Shown here: positions 9,861-21,415 of the stretch, one piece after another
Numbering within the stretch: the first letter of the stretch is position 1
Layout: every line of letters begins with the position of its first letter
Assembly (NCBI GenBank): GCA_950097015.1
Contig: CATNEN010000032.1
Coordinates: forward strand, 744,001 to 808,000
Direction: 5' to 3'
Length of the DNA stretch: 64,000 nt
Source of the DNA: Macrostomum hystrix
Taxonomy: Eukaryota > Animalia > Platyhelminthes
Made by a program: the position numbers and the translations under genes
Notes under the pieces: model-generated
Databases searched by the model: none
The model's input: only the letters and a program-made list of their open reading frames with translations
What the model was told of the DNA's origin: nothing

Positions 9861-12180
9861 TGGAGTGTGCTGCGGGAATCGAGCGGGAATGTGAGCCAGC
9901 GGAATTTTTCCAATTTTTAGTAGCCAAATAATCGCGACCCACATAGCAGCTGGCCGCAGACCACAATCATTAATCTTAGGGCCGGGCTTGGGGCGGAGGT
10001 GAATTAAGTAGCCGCCGATTCCCCTTGCCTCGGATCTGTCTAGTCTCCTGTAGAAGTGACTGATCGCGGCCATAGCAATACTGTATGGACTAGTTTAGGT
10101 CATAATTCCCCTCCAAACCGCGATCAGATTGTAGGGATCACTCATGCGTCTAGAGTGAGCATTAATTCTTCATGTCCCCTTTTCTTTACTGTAACCCGAG
10201 CCGAAGCTCGATTATGACCTTTCCCCCTTTAGATACATGTAACGACACTATAGGCAGGTCGGCGCCTGCGCTTCCCATATCCCGGCGGGATCACAATCAT
10301 TGGCCGACTGCCGGCAGACGCTCCTAGTGGGGCATCTGGCGATTCTCGCCGCCGCTTCGGTGGGCAATTGGGGTGGCATAATGCCGACCCGATTCCTCGC
10401 TGACAGGCTGGCGAGCATGTGGGTTGCTTTGATGAATGCGGGGTTGACGGAGCTGCAGGACTATTTAAGAAAGCGCGCTGCGCTGCCCCTAGGACAACCT
10501 TCCTCCCTTTCAACCTTTTTCCCTGGCTTCCACAAGCCTCCCTGCGAACCTCCCTTTGGACCTTCTTCCCCTGTCCGGTCCCGGAACTCGGTTCGTGGAC
10601 TCTCCCCCTTCTAGTCTAGCACTTAGCCCCTGAGCCTAAAGGCTCCAGAGCATAACTACAGGTAAATACCTGTTAGATCCCGCAAGCATAAGCCACCTCC
10701 TTGGGTGAGCTCCAATTGAGCATCGAGCTCCTTGCAGCCTGGCCCCTTGCCAGCTGTGTTTAGCAACTCCCTGTCTCGTTCCCCCTTTTATTTGCCCATC
10801 CCTGCGAGAGCGACGGCCTGCAGCAAAGTCAGCCAGCATCAGATAAGTAACCCGCGCAGCGGACACTAATTGTTATCCCTAAGGGATTTATTATTTAGCT
10901 AGTGGGGCAATCTGGGCAAGGGCGGTGTTTTAGCCTAATAAACTATTCATTACCAATATGCCAAACCTTAATAATTAGGCCAATTTAATAACAACCAAAC
11001 CTTTTTATCATGCTATTCTCTTCTCTTTATTTTATCGTTAGACAGCCTTCAATCATGAGTGGCTAACTCATTAGGGGGTGGGCTCTGGTGATGCCTAGCT
11101 GAAAGCTGCGGCAGGAGGACAACTGTGAGCGCGCATGAGAGTAATAAGGAGCTAGGGATTTGCGAGTAAAATGCGGAACGTAGCGTGTGCATTGCTGCTT
11201 CGGGGCGGGGAATTCCTTGGCCGGCTTTCCTCTCTCACTGGCGGATTCCAGTGTGCGCGTCAAACTCCTTTGTCAATTGAAGTCTCCTTCTATTCCCCGC
11301 CCTCGTAACTACGGCCATGGGAGCGAGAGGCGTGATCTAATAATTACCGCTTGCATAATCACTCAGCCAGTGTTCTGCTTAATCTCTCCTGCCTCTGATT
11401 TCCTCATCTCACACAGATTCGGATTTGCTAGTTATTTACTGTGCAGGCTGCAATCTAATGTAAGGAATGTGCCTGATGTTTCATGAGTAGGATTCCGGCT
11501 ATGGGTTTCTCATTCGAGTTCGGAGTACCACCTTTCTAGACCACTGTAGCGCAGTTTCAGGAATCCCCTGTTGAGGCGTGTCTCGATTCATTCTGGGGTC
11601 TTAGCCCTAGTCTAAAACGGAAGTTACAGAATGCCCTATTTTTCGGCTTGTCTGAGATCTGTGTGACAAACTAGGAGCTGTGAACTCCGGGGACCCAAGT
11701 TCCCAAATGTCTGCGGTGGCAACGTAGGCGCATTGGGTGGTGGCGCTACCCTAGATCATTTTCCGCTTTGCCAATAGCCTTTCCGCATTTCTAAGACAAG
11801 AGCCTGGGCCGAATCGACCACTGCTACCACTGTTAGGAGTCAGTTATGTACATGCTACTGATGACAGTAGGCTATCTAGCCCTGTCCTACCTGCTTGCGG
11901 GTAGTCCGATATCTCTTTAGACTTTAGCCGGTTTCGAGCACTGCTTGGGGTAGGCACGGCAGTCATGCCTGTGGCCTATGGGTTGAGTGGGACTGGCCAG
12001 CCTGAGGCCGAGAGGACCACTCCCTGCATCCACTGTCTCTCCCTTCATCTCTCCCTTCATCCCTCTCCCCGCGATAAATCGCGAGGCTTTGCGGTACGAC
12101 TTCTAACTCTATCGCCATTCCCACACTCCCTTTCTCTCTTGAGGACAGGTCATCGGATTGCAAAACCCGCACCCACTTCA
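9861..12180 (+). repeat. 3' LTR of E1 (about 2320 bp)
   Basis: TG...CA termini with imperfect inverted ends TGGAGTGTGCTGCGGG / CCCGCACCCACTTCA; exact start could be 9859. Confidence 0.9.
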
Positions 12181-12835
12181 ATGGTAATATATAATATGGT
12201 AATCTAGATATATATCTGGTAGTCAGTATAAACATAAGGTGTTTTGTTAAGCTTAGGCCTATCTTTGGAACCACAAATACCTATACAAATCGGCTGCTAA
12301 AGTTTACACAACTCTTAGGCCTACGTTTTTCAGGTAAGAAATTCTTTCAATATGATAATTCTTGAAACTGTAGAACATACTTGGTCAGGCAAATTCAACC
12401 CCAGGCAGAATCAACCGGCGCCTATGTGTTCTATGGCTTTTAGGCAAATTCAACCAGGCAGAATCAAGTTAATCTACAAGTTTGTCACATGTAATCGAAA
12501 CCGTATCACACTTGAAATGACAAAAGCAACATACAATTCGCAGATTGAGTCCTGTAATAATAGGCTAAACCTGTCAAAAAAAGACCTGTAAAAATCAGTA
12601 ATTTCTGTAAAAAAGGAAAAACTTCATAAGCTTATAATAATTCAGGAAAGCACGTTATGGTCCAACCATTTAACAGGCTTGTGCGCTCACTTCTTCCCTA
12701 CCTCTGGCATAAAATTCAGAAGAAAAAATTTCCTGTAATTTTCAGGCTCCTGTGAAATTTAGGATTTTCTGTAACTGTAAATTTAATCCTGTGATATTCT
12801 ACCGAATCTGTAACAAATCGTGATATTGGAGATCA

Positions 12836-13024
12836 CCACCTTGTCCACAGCAGATTGCAGGTGCGCTAGGGCGGTGGCCGCGCAGCGATGCTGACATTGA
12901 AGAGCAATGTCGTCCGCATAGAGCATCGGGCTCACCTCGGCCGGAATGATGTTCACCACTGGATCCAGAAAGAGGACAAACAGCAGAGGCGCGATGACGG
13001 AACCCTGCGGAAGGCCTTTTGGTG
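12836..13024 (-). repeat. 189-bp duplicated LINE RT fragment (second copy 15096-15284)
   Basis: Minus strand reads KGLPQGSVIAPLLFVLFL...LYADDIAL; the two copies differ by about one base. Confidence 0.9.
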
Positions 13025-13029
13025 CTCGC

Positions 13030-14219
13030 AGTGCTCGCAGGGAGCTCGCGACTGTCGGGCTTCATCCAGTCCCAAATCCCATCCTGCTCTCTAACGTCCT
13101 CGCCTTCGATATTTCTGACGGGAGGGCGGTAGACGTTAGTCACAACCACACGTTCATTTTTTTTCAGGTCAATAACGGTTCTGAGGCCTTCAGTCACTTT
13201 GCCTTTCCAGCCAGCAAGCCGCTTAAAAGCTATATTATGCTTGACCAGAGTAAGCAAACCTCCGCCCCTGGCGCGCTCGCTACGGCGGATCTCCAGGCGA
13301 TCCTTGTGGATGGTGGTGTACCCATAGAATCTAGGGGTCTGGCTGTCCTCGTTCATTTTGGACTCCTGGATTACGGCCACATCGATACGCTGCTCCTTTA
13401 GGAAGGCTTCAAGCTCGGCTCTCTTTGTGTTGATTCCATCCGCATTCCACTACAGGATGCGTAAGTTTCCGCTGCGATGGGCACTCCAGCCTTCGTCGCG
13501 CCGCGACCTGACGGTGGGTTAGTCCTCCGTCGCTCTGTCGGCGGCCATCTTGACTTTTCTGTTGAGGCAGGCATGGCAGATCCACAGACCCCTCCTTATT
13601 TCGCCATCAATCTCCGCTCTACTCGCTCCAGTGCATTTGTTGTGAAAAATTCCTGCGCACTCCTTGCAGCGGGCGATAACCCTGGTGATCTTCAGCTTGC
13701 TTCTACAGCCTGGCGCTGCACAGCCCTTGTCCTGGCGGATTTTCTCAGCCGCGGCCTCCCATTTTCAGGTAATTTCCTGATCTTCGTCCTCTTTCCAGGC
13801 GGCACCGGTGGAGCAGTTAGCGCATCTCCACGCGCTGCAGTTTCGCCTCACTTTCTCGTTCTGGTTAGGCCCGTGCACGGCCCTGAAACTCGGCCTTGCA
13901 GGTCGTGAAGTAAACCGGGTCATGACCAGCGGTAATCCTCCTGTTACAGCGCCCACATGGTCCCGGGTTAGGTTCGACGTCCCCGGCTTGCAACAGCGTG
14001 TCCTCAGCACGCCAACCTGGGCGAACTTATTCGTGTGCTGGCGGCGGCGGTCCAGGAAGTTGAGTTATTTTTATTTTGGTGCATTTTTAATTGTTTTTGA
14101 GTAGCTGGGCGTAACTCGCACTTCGACGCTCGTCTAGCTGACTTCTCCAAATCCTTGGTGTTAGCAGCAAACAGCGGGAAGGTATTCGTAGTTGACTCGA
14201 TATTCGTTTTAAATCCCAT
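13030..14219 (-). pseudogene. 5' part of an Ingi-like (I-group) non-LTR ORF: 2A peptide, PHD finger, APE endonuclease
   Basis: LLQAGDVEPNPGP (13996-13958); CKECAGIFHNKCTG...WICHAC; NLRILxWNADGIN...DVAVIQESK...GGGLLTLV...NVYRPP; frameshifts and stops. Confidence 0.8.
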
Positions 14220-14254
14220 CCGCCTCGCAGAGGCCTCGTAGTCGAAGGTAGGTG

Positions 14255-15550
14255 CTGTTGTTGTTATTGTTGGTGGGCACGGGCGCCGAGGAGGCCCTCA
14301 AAAAAGGCTCCTCCTCGTCAGCGCCAGTGACCTCGCCGGGGCGACGGTTAAGGTCTCCTGGGGATACTGTCTTCGCTGTAAAAATAGCCATGCGAGCCAG
14401 GCGGAGTGCCGGACAACGCAGCCAGTGCTGCAAATCCTGCGGCTTGTCTGGGCAGTGCGGACAAGTCGGGTCCGCCTTTGGGTTGACGATGCAGCCCTAA
14501 GCATGCAGCCGGCTACAGTAGCCGGAGCGCGGTTGGGCGAGCAGCACAGTGTCCTGCCAACTGCTGATCTCGGAGCGGTCCCGCTCACGGTTGAGGCCTC
14601 GGTACGCATCCGAGGTGAGGGCGCGACCGATGGGCGAATCGCAGATGAGTCTCCGGATATGCGCCGCCAGCTTGGCAGCCGCGTCTGCCAGCTCATTGCC
14701 GCGAAGGCCGAAGTGGGCCGGAACCCACTGCAGCTCGATCATCAGGCGGGCGGGCGTCTCCGGAAGAACGCAGGACGGCCTGAAGTTGGAAAGAGCAGCT
14801 AGCAACGCTCGGCTATCGGTGCAGATAATAATGGAGCCATTGACGGACCGCCCGGCTAGCCAGGTATAGGCCAGGTTGAGGGCGCGGCGCTCCTCGTCGA
14901 AAGCCGCTCCTTTGCTAGAAAGAACTTCCAGGACTTCCGGGTCGACAGGGTCGCCCCCGGTAACCACACAGGCTGCTCCGCTGTTGCTGACGCCACCGCC
15001 CGCCGAGTCATCAGTGAAAATCACGAGCGTCGAGAAGAAAGCGCACTAACTCTTAAACGGGTTCAGCACCATCTTATTAGCCTTGCTCCATTCAGCCACC
15101 TTGTCCACAGCAGATTGCAGGTGCGCTAGGGCGGTGGCCGCGCAGCGATGCTGACATTGAAGAGCAATGTCGTCCGCATAGAGCATCGGGCTCACATCGG
15201 CCGGAATGATGTTCACCACTGGATCCAGAAAGAGGACAAACAGCAGAGGCGCGATGACGGAACCCTGCGGAAGGCCTTTTGGTGAGCTTTCGCAGGGTCG
15301 GTGAGCTTTTGGCGCCTGTTACCACCCTTAGGCAATGAATACCTTCTCCCCTCCGTGTCAAAAGCGTGATAGATGCTGTACACGGTTTGAGCGCTTCACC
15401 CCAAGCATCTTTGACATGTCCGTTACGAGCTCTCTGCGCTGCCAAGCCTGGATGACAAGATCTCTTTTGTCTTTGGATATCGTTGCATACTGCCGATGCT
15501 CCATGTTTAACTGTTTTTCTAACTCAGTGCTGCTAAACTCTCTCCCTCTG
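14255..15550 (-). pseudogene. 3' part of an Ingi-like LINE: RT remnant, RNase H, terminal Cys/His motif, (CAA)n tail
   Basis: PQG/YADD; IFTDDS...ICTDSR...QWVPAHFGLRGNELADAAAK RNase H; QHWLRCPAL; CAACAATAACAACAAC tail near 14260-14275. Confidence 0.8.
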
Positions 15551-16020
15551 TGATCTCTGTCAAATTAACGAGCAGTCAAGCTGCTTCTTTCATAGACAGC
15601 TGGCACGAGCTGAGGATCGCCAGTAAGATAGGAGTTCCATTCAATCCGGTTGCATGCCGAAATTGATTGCCCGCTGTCGAATTTGAAAGCCCGTCTGTGC
15701 ATTTTCTTGCCATAGCCACCAATGGGAGAGGACGGGAGACTGACACAGACCCTTGCCGAAATTGAAAACCCGCTGTCCAAAATTGAACTAAAAAAGCTAT
15801 AGTATGACAATGCATTTTTAAGCATTTTTAATCCCCAGCTTGGCCCGGCCTATTGGCTACTAATTCTATGTATTTATTATTTAACTGGCCTAAGCCAGTC
15901 ATTTAACGGCCTAGGCCGATTAAGCGTATAGTCTATGGTCAAACAATAAATTAAACAATAAAAAACTTAACGAAGTTAACACTCAGTGAGTTAGTGAAAA
16001 AGCAGATGCTTTATGACAAT

Positions 16021-17397
16021 CTATTCGAAGCTAATAACTACCTTGTTAGTGTCTCCGCACGCCGAAATTCTCATTTTCTTGGCTGACGGCTGCTCAATAG
16101 TGAAGTCACATGTTGACTCAGTTGTCTGATGTGGTTGGGCATGGGGAACAACACCGCTGACAAAGTCACTCGCACGTTTCTGCATAGCCACAGAATCGGT
16201 TATGTAGCGCTCAACTGCCGTGCTGCTATGTCCGGTAATGCGACAGATCTCAGCACGCTGAAGACCAGCTTCATTCAGATGTGTTGCACAAGTCTTTCGA
16301 AGACTCTGGTTGGTAAATTTTCCACCTTCGTTGGGAGCGACTTCCTTGCACAAGTCCTTCACCCTGCTGGCCAGTGTATGGCGACCAATTGGAGTTCTAC
16401 AAAACCATGGCGACGACGGGTCACTTGTCCAATTCTGGTTACACGCTAGAAACAGTGCGCCGGGAGATCCAGAGGGACGCTTCGACGAGTACAACTTGTA
16501 CAAACAGACGAGACAGCGTTCATGTCCGTCTGTGTGAAATGCCCGGACAATTTTGGGAGCACGGCGCAGTCCGATCAGACCACCTTGATTGTTTTTGGTC
16601 GCATTATTCTTGACGTACGAGAGTACACACTTCTCGTACTTAAGAGTTCCTCTCCACCAACCGTTTCCAGTCGAAGCTGACGATCATACTCGAGATTACG
16701 CAGTTCAGTTCCGCCACGGAGAGCGAAGTGCTTCGCAACAAGCCTGATTAGGGAGCACTGTAGCTGACGCGGCGAACTGTCTTCTAGAACTTGCTGTCCA
16801 AAGCGAATCCTCAACCGTGTCAGGAATCGGCTCGGACTTTCGGAGACCGGCACCTTTTCCATCCTTGGTTGAAAGCTTCATAGCAGCGTCCAAGGCACGT
16901 CTGCTATCGATGAAGTCAACGTCTTTCCACAAGCTCCAGTTAAAATGTAGAGTATTTTGTAAATAGTATTGTATCATGAAAAACAAATCCTTCAACGTAG
17001 ATGCACCGTATCTCTCACCGGCAACACTGCGCACTTCTAGAACGAAGAACTTCAGTAAATAATTCATATCCGACTCGCTCATTTCCTCGACCTCCTTCAG
17101 GACCATCATACCTCCACCTGTAGCCCATTGAGATTTTTTTCCAGAATGCCAATCGGTGAAAATCTTTATCGCCCATTGAGACTTCTTCCTATTCGTTTCA
17201 GGTGATGACTCGATGATCACCCTTTCGATATCCTCTTCCGATAGAACCTTGTATCTTGAAGGCCGCTCGTCAAAGGTAGCTTGTTTGTTTTCTTCACCGA
17301 CGACGAAGTTTAACAATTCTTCATCAATCTCAAGATCTGGTGGCAGAATATCCAATAGTTCACTGTCCATGTTTCGTGAATCGTTCCAGCTATGCAA
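16021..17397 (-). pseudogene. Crypton-like DNA transposon tyrosine recombinase (DUF3504 type), frameshifted
   Basis: Three overlapping ORFs give FFVLEVR, RKSEPIPDTVEDSLW, FALRGGTELRNL, FTNQSLRKTCAT, ITGHSS...VERY (R-H/Q-R-H-Y residues). Confidence 0.8.
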
Positions 17398-17498
17398 ATG
17401 CTGCGCCTTTCTTTTCCTGTCGTTTTATAGTCTTGCTCTTGCCAAATTTTCTAAAACTTCTTTAAATTCGTCTATGGCTAAACTGTGGGGGCTCTGCC

Positions 17499-18265
17499 CA
17501 TGGAGGAAAGAATAGAATGGAGTGCCAATCTGAGCCGCTTATTTTTGTTTTCCTCGATCTTCATTTTTAACATCCCGTTCCCCCCTTTCCTTCCTATTGG
17601 CTTGTGACTGCCATAGACGAACTCGTTTTCGTCCCCCTCTGAAAATAATATCGTGGACTATATGACTTTAATGCCAGTGGAAACCGCATGTAAGGCTTTG
17701 AGCAAAAGATTCATTCTACGTCCCTCAGTATATTAGGTCAAGTCATAAGATTAAATCTAAATCCTGGCAATGATACAATACGGTGATACGGTATATTTTA
17801 CAGTGTATATACAAAAGTCGTTCCGTACAGAGAAAACAAAATGTGAAGAAAATAGCGAAAGGGACAGCCAAAGGGAACAGAAAATACTTATATACATGGA
17901 AAATAAAAGGCAGCACTGAATTCTGCTGAAAAAAAAATAAAGCACATTTAATTTAACTAATTGCTGTCAGTTCATGCAGTAACTCTTAGAAACTAAGGGA
18001 ACTAAAATGCATGCGATTCTGGCAGCGAAGGGCATCTCAGCTTAGCTGAGCTACACTAGAAACTAATACTCTGAAAAGCATATTTTGGTGTATGCTCTTA
18101 ATACACACTGGATATTACTTTCAGAGGGGGGTGAAAACGAGTTTGTCTATGGCAGTCACAAGCCAATAGGAAGGAACGGGGGGGAACGGGATGTTAAAAG
18201 TGAAGATCGAGGGAAACAAAAATAACCGGCTCAGATTGGCACTCCATTCTATTCTTTCCTCCGTG
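17499..18265. mobile_element. MITE with long TIRs and 8-bp TSD (P-superfamily-like)
   Basis: Ends CATGGAGGAAAGAATAGAATGGAGTGCC / inverse; TIR similarity about 190 bp; TSD GCTCTGCC at 17491-17498 and 18266-18273. Confidence 0.85.
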
Positions 18266-18619
18266 GCTCTGCCCCCACACCCCCGCAAGGCTGGGGAGCT
18301 GCGCTCCCTTGACCCTGCTGTAAATATTTTTATTAGTGCAATATCATGAGCCGGGCCAAGCTTTAGGATTAAATACTATAATACCCCCTGAAATCGTTGT
18401 CTATGGCCTAGGAACGGCTTCAGACTGCGCTTCTGGGCCTCGGCTTTGCCTCGGCCAAGAAACGCGTCCTCAGCCGTTGAGGCAGCAGGGCCATGATATA
18501 TATTTTCGATTTCATAAAACTAGCCGTGGTAGAAAAGCAGTGTCTATTTAGCAGTAAATTTCTAGCCCGCCTCGAACACGGCTAGCGAATGATTTTTTTA
18601 ATTTACACGGTCTACTTAA

Positions 18620-19336
18620 TGAGCTAGAAGGAAGACGAGCTCGAGTCTTCCTGGACAGGTGTAATTTCGCTGTTACTGCAGATTTTGTGCAGAGATTCAG
18701 ACTCAGCCCTCCGACTGCGTAATATTTGTTACTACAAATCGGACACCGTCTGGCACCATCAACGCAGAGAAACCATGCTCTCTCTCCAAAGAACAGGTTT
18801 TGACTGCTCTTCGTTTCTATGCGACGAACAGCTTCTATCATGTGCTTCGCGACGCTCACGGCCCTTCTGCATCATCTGTGTGTCGCATTGTACGCAGTGT
18901 CAAGGGTAGTGAACGAAGAACTGTTTCAGCGTCATGTAAGATGGCCACAAGATAATATTATGACGTTCAGTCAAGATTTCTATAACATGGCCGGCATGCC
19001 GAGTGTCTGTGGCATCGTGGATGGCACCATTGTTCCCATCGCCACGCCCACAATCAACGAACAACAGTATGTAGATCGCAAAGGAAATCACTCCATCAAT
19101 GTTATGCTCGTCTCGGGACCACAACATCATTTCCTAGGATGCAACTTGTCTTGGCCCGCGAGCGCGTGAAGGATGCCCGTGTTCTACGGAATAGTCTACT
19201 TTTCACAGCTTTTGAGACAGATGGTTTTCGGCCGTTTCCTGGCGCGGTGATTTTGGGTGACTCAATATATCCATGTTTAGATTGGCTCATTCCTCCAGTT
19301 CTGGGGGACAATCTGCCCAATGCTACCCGGGCATGA
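18620..19336 (+). pseudogene. PIF/Harbinger DDE transposase remnant
   Basis: Homologous to 49844-50890 (CGIVDGT, YVDRKGNHSINVMLV, ILGDSIYPCLDWL); frameshifts; truncated at about 19333. Confidence 0.85.
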
Positions 19337-20758
19337 AGAGTTTTGGGTGTTGATCAGACACATGAAACTCCCACTTCTAGACAATGGGGAACAATTGCCT
19401 AGGAATTTATAACAGTCACGTGACACTTACTGCAATTGCTTCTTATTCCTTAAGTAGTTTGTAGTCTTCTGGGTCCCTGTAGTCCGGTAGTTCTCAGTCT
19501 CCTTGTTCTGGTCGACCGTGAGGTTTCAAGTCTATGTTTCTTGAGTCTTTGTAGTCTTGTCTTCTTTTGTCTTCCTGGCAGCTGCTTGAGTTTGTCAGTT
19601 GGCCAATAAATGACGAGAGCGAATCAGATTACTTGTCGGTTTCCTCGAGCTCGGAATTCACAATAGAAACGTGCGCCCTAGTGAAAATTGAAATTGAAAT
19701 CTCTCTTGTATATCTCTAATAGGTCCTCCTGAAGGGCGTCTTCTTCGTTTCCTCCGAAAGATAACGGATAGCTCAAATCAAATCAATCAATAATCCTCTA
19801 GGAATGTATCCTAGGAAACAAGGAGGCATTTCTCAAATGTATCGAAGATATGTGGCTCTCGTAAACTTACGAAACTAAAATAAACTCGTAATTCAATTCA
19901 ACAACTATTGCTAGCAATAAATAACTCTGTCTAGTAAAGCTCTTACCACTTGTCTTTCCCTCAGAGATGAGTCCTCTTCTTTGTAAGCTGTTTTGAAGTC
20001 CGGTGGACCGCTCCGAGTCTGAATTTTCAGCTCGGATTTTAGCTTGTATTTATAGTAAAATTTTGGGGGAAAACCGGTTCTACTACCGGGTGTTTACTTA
20101 GGTCACACATATTTGGTTAGTGACTCATGATTGTGAGTTTTACCATATTTGGAATATTGTGTAAATACAGATGCAGAAACCGATGAGTCATAATTGTTTG
20201 TTTTACCATATTTTGAATTAAAGCAAATACAGCTGTCGAGAACCGGTTCTCCGGTTTCATGCCACATGACTTTGTTTCTAAAAATAGCGCATGACTCATT
20301 CCTAAAAATAGATTAAACTTTCTATCTAAGGTTTCCTTGTGATATTACTTTAAGTAGCGCGTTTAAGCAAATGGAATATTTTACTCTCGACAATATCTAC
20401 CCTTTTTACGAAACAATTCGTCCCGAATTTTAATTATTAAGAGGAAAAGAAAATGACTTTGCATAACAATAATAGGATAATGTAATGTAATGATCATGTA
20501 TTGAAAGTATCAGGACTAGGTGAAATTGGTATAGGTACGTATGGGTAGACATGAAACACAAATGGATGATAATTGGTGTGAGTAGTTGATAAAATGTTCG
20601 TGAAAAAGAATTAACAGTTTGAGAAGAGATGCGTAACAATTTTGGCACTATATTGGTTAATATAAGGGATTGATAAACATGGGGAGGTGTAATTATTTTA
20701 AATAAGCAATGAATAATGGTCTGTTTGTTTTACTAGTTTATGCGATCAGAATTGTTAC

Positions 20759-21382
20759 TCATTCAAGGCTGAATTGTTGCCGGATAAATTCATGTACTTT
20801 GGCTTGAATTTTTGCCGTTAGTATGGCTATTGGCCAAAATAGTTTATATAGTTGTAGGTAGGCCGGATCCTCAGTATGCTCGAGGATATAGAGGTAGGCT
20901 TCTGTACCTGTGATAATTTCGGCTCGGCGTGTCAGTTGCTCGCCCAGTTGAAATAAATATCGCCGATGTTGTTGGCATCGCAGTGGTATCGGCCACGTCT
21001 TTATTGCCGTTAGTAATTCATAAGGCTCCATGTCATTCATATTCATGAGCAGGAGGTCCACTGCTACAGGCGTTAGTCGTATCGTATCCAAGGGTTCCTC
21101 CCGCAGCCGTAGGAAGCAATCGGGGCATTTGTTGATATTTCGACTGCCGAGTGTCTCTAGGCAGGCGAGGCAGCTCCAGTGTCTATTGTCACAGATTTGT
21201 ATTTGCGGTTGGTTACCGCAAATGAGACAGTGGACCCTGTCTCGACGGCAGATTGGGCAGGTGCGTATTGGGTTGCCAGTTTGCGCCGCGGCTGCCTCGC
21301 ATTGTTGGCATGTCCCATGTCCGACTTCGCATATGGGCATTAGATCGGTCTGTTCTTCTAAACAAACAGGGCAGTCTTGCAT
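20759..21382 (-). CDS. Double C3HC4 RING-finger protein, 207 aa, downstream of Gypsy pol
   Basis: CPVC-x10-CEVGH-x2-CQQC-x13-CPIC followed by CLIC-x7-CDNRH-x2-CLAC-x10-CPDC; ATG start, intact. Confidence 0.8.
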   Translation of the reverse strand: MQDCPVCLEEQTDLMPICEVGHGTCQQCEAAAAQTGNPIRTCPICRRDRVHCLICGNQPQIQICDNRHWSCLACLETLGSRNINKCPDCFLRLREEPLDTIRLTPVAVDLLLMNMNDMEPYELLTAIKTWPIPLRCQQHRRYLFQLGEQLTRRAEIITGTEAYLYILEHTEDPAYLQLYKLFWPIAILTAKIQAKVHEFIRQQFSLE

Positions 21383-21415
21383 TGTTGTCTGTGGGCGGTT
21401 TGTTTAATTGACTTC

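Larger units (their letters stand above)
708..12180 (+). mobile_element. Non-autonomous Ty3/Gypsy-like LTR retroelement E1 (gag-pro only)
   Basis: Direct repeats 708-3020 and 9868-12180 (offset 9160), PBS after the first copy, purine tract before the second, gag and protease inside; no RT, RNase H or integrase motifs seen. Confidence 0.9.

Noticed and set aside
12580-12830. Dispersed CTGT(A/G)A repeats resembling DNA-transposon subterminal motifs
   Set aside because: No TIR, TSD or partner end found.
14200-14260. HDV-like ribozyme expected at Ingi (and RTE) 5' ends
   Set aside because: Only simple hairpins seen; the nested double pseudoknot could not be built by eye.
19333-19949. Possible LTR of the RING-bearing Gypsy (TG start, CA followed by a pyrimidine tract)
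   Set aside because: No second copy in the window, and orientation signals conflict; cannot be assigned.
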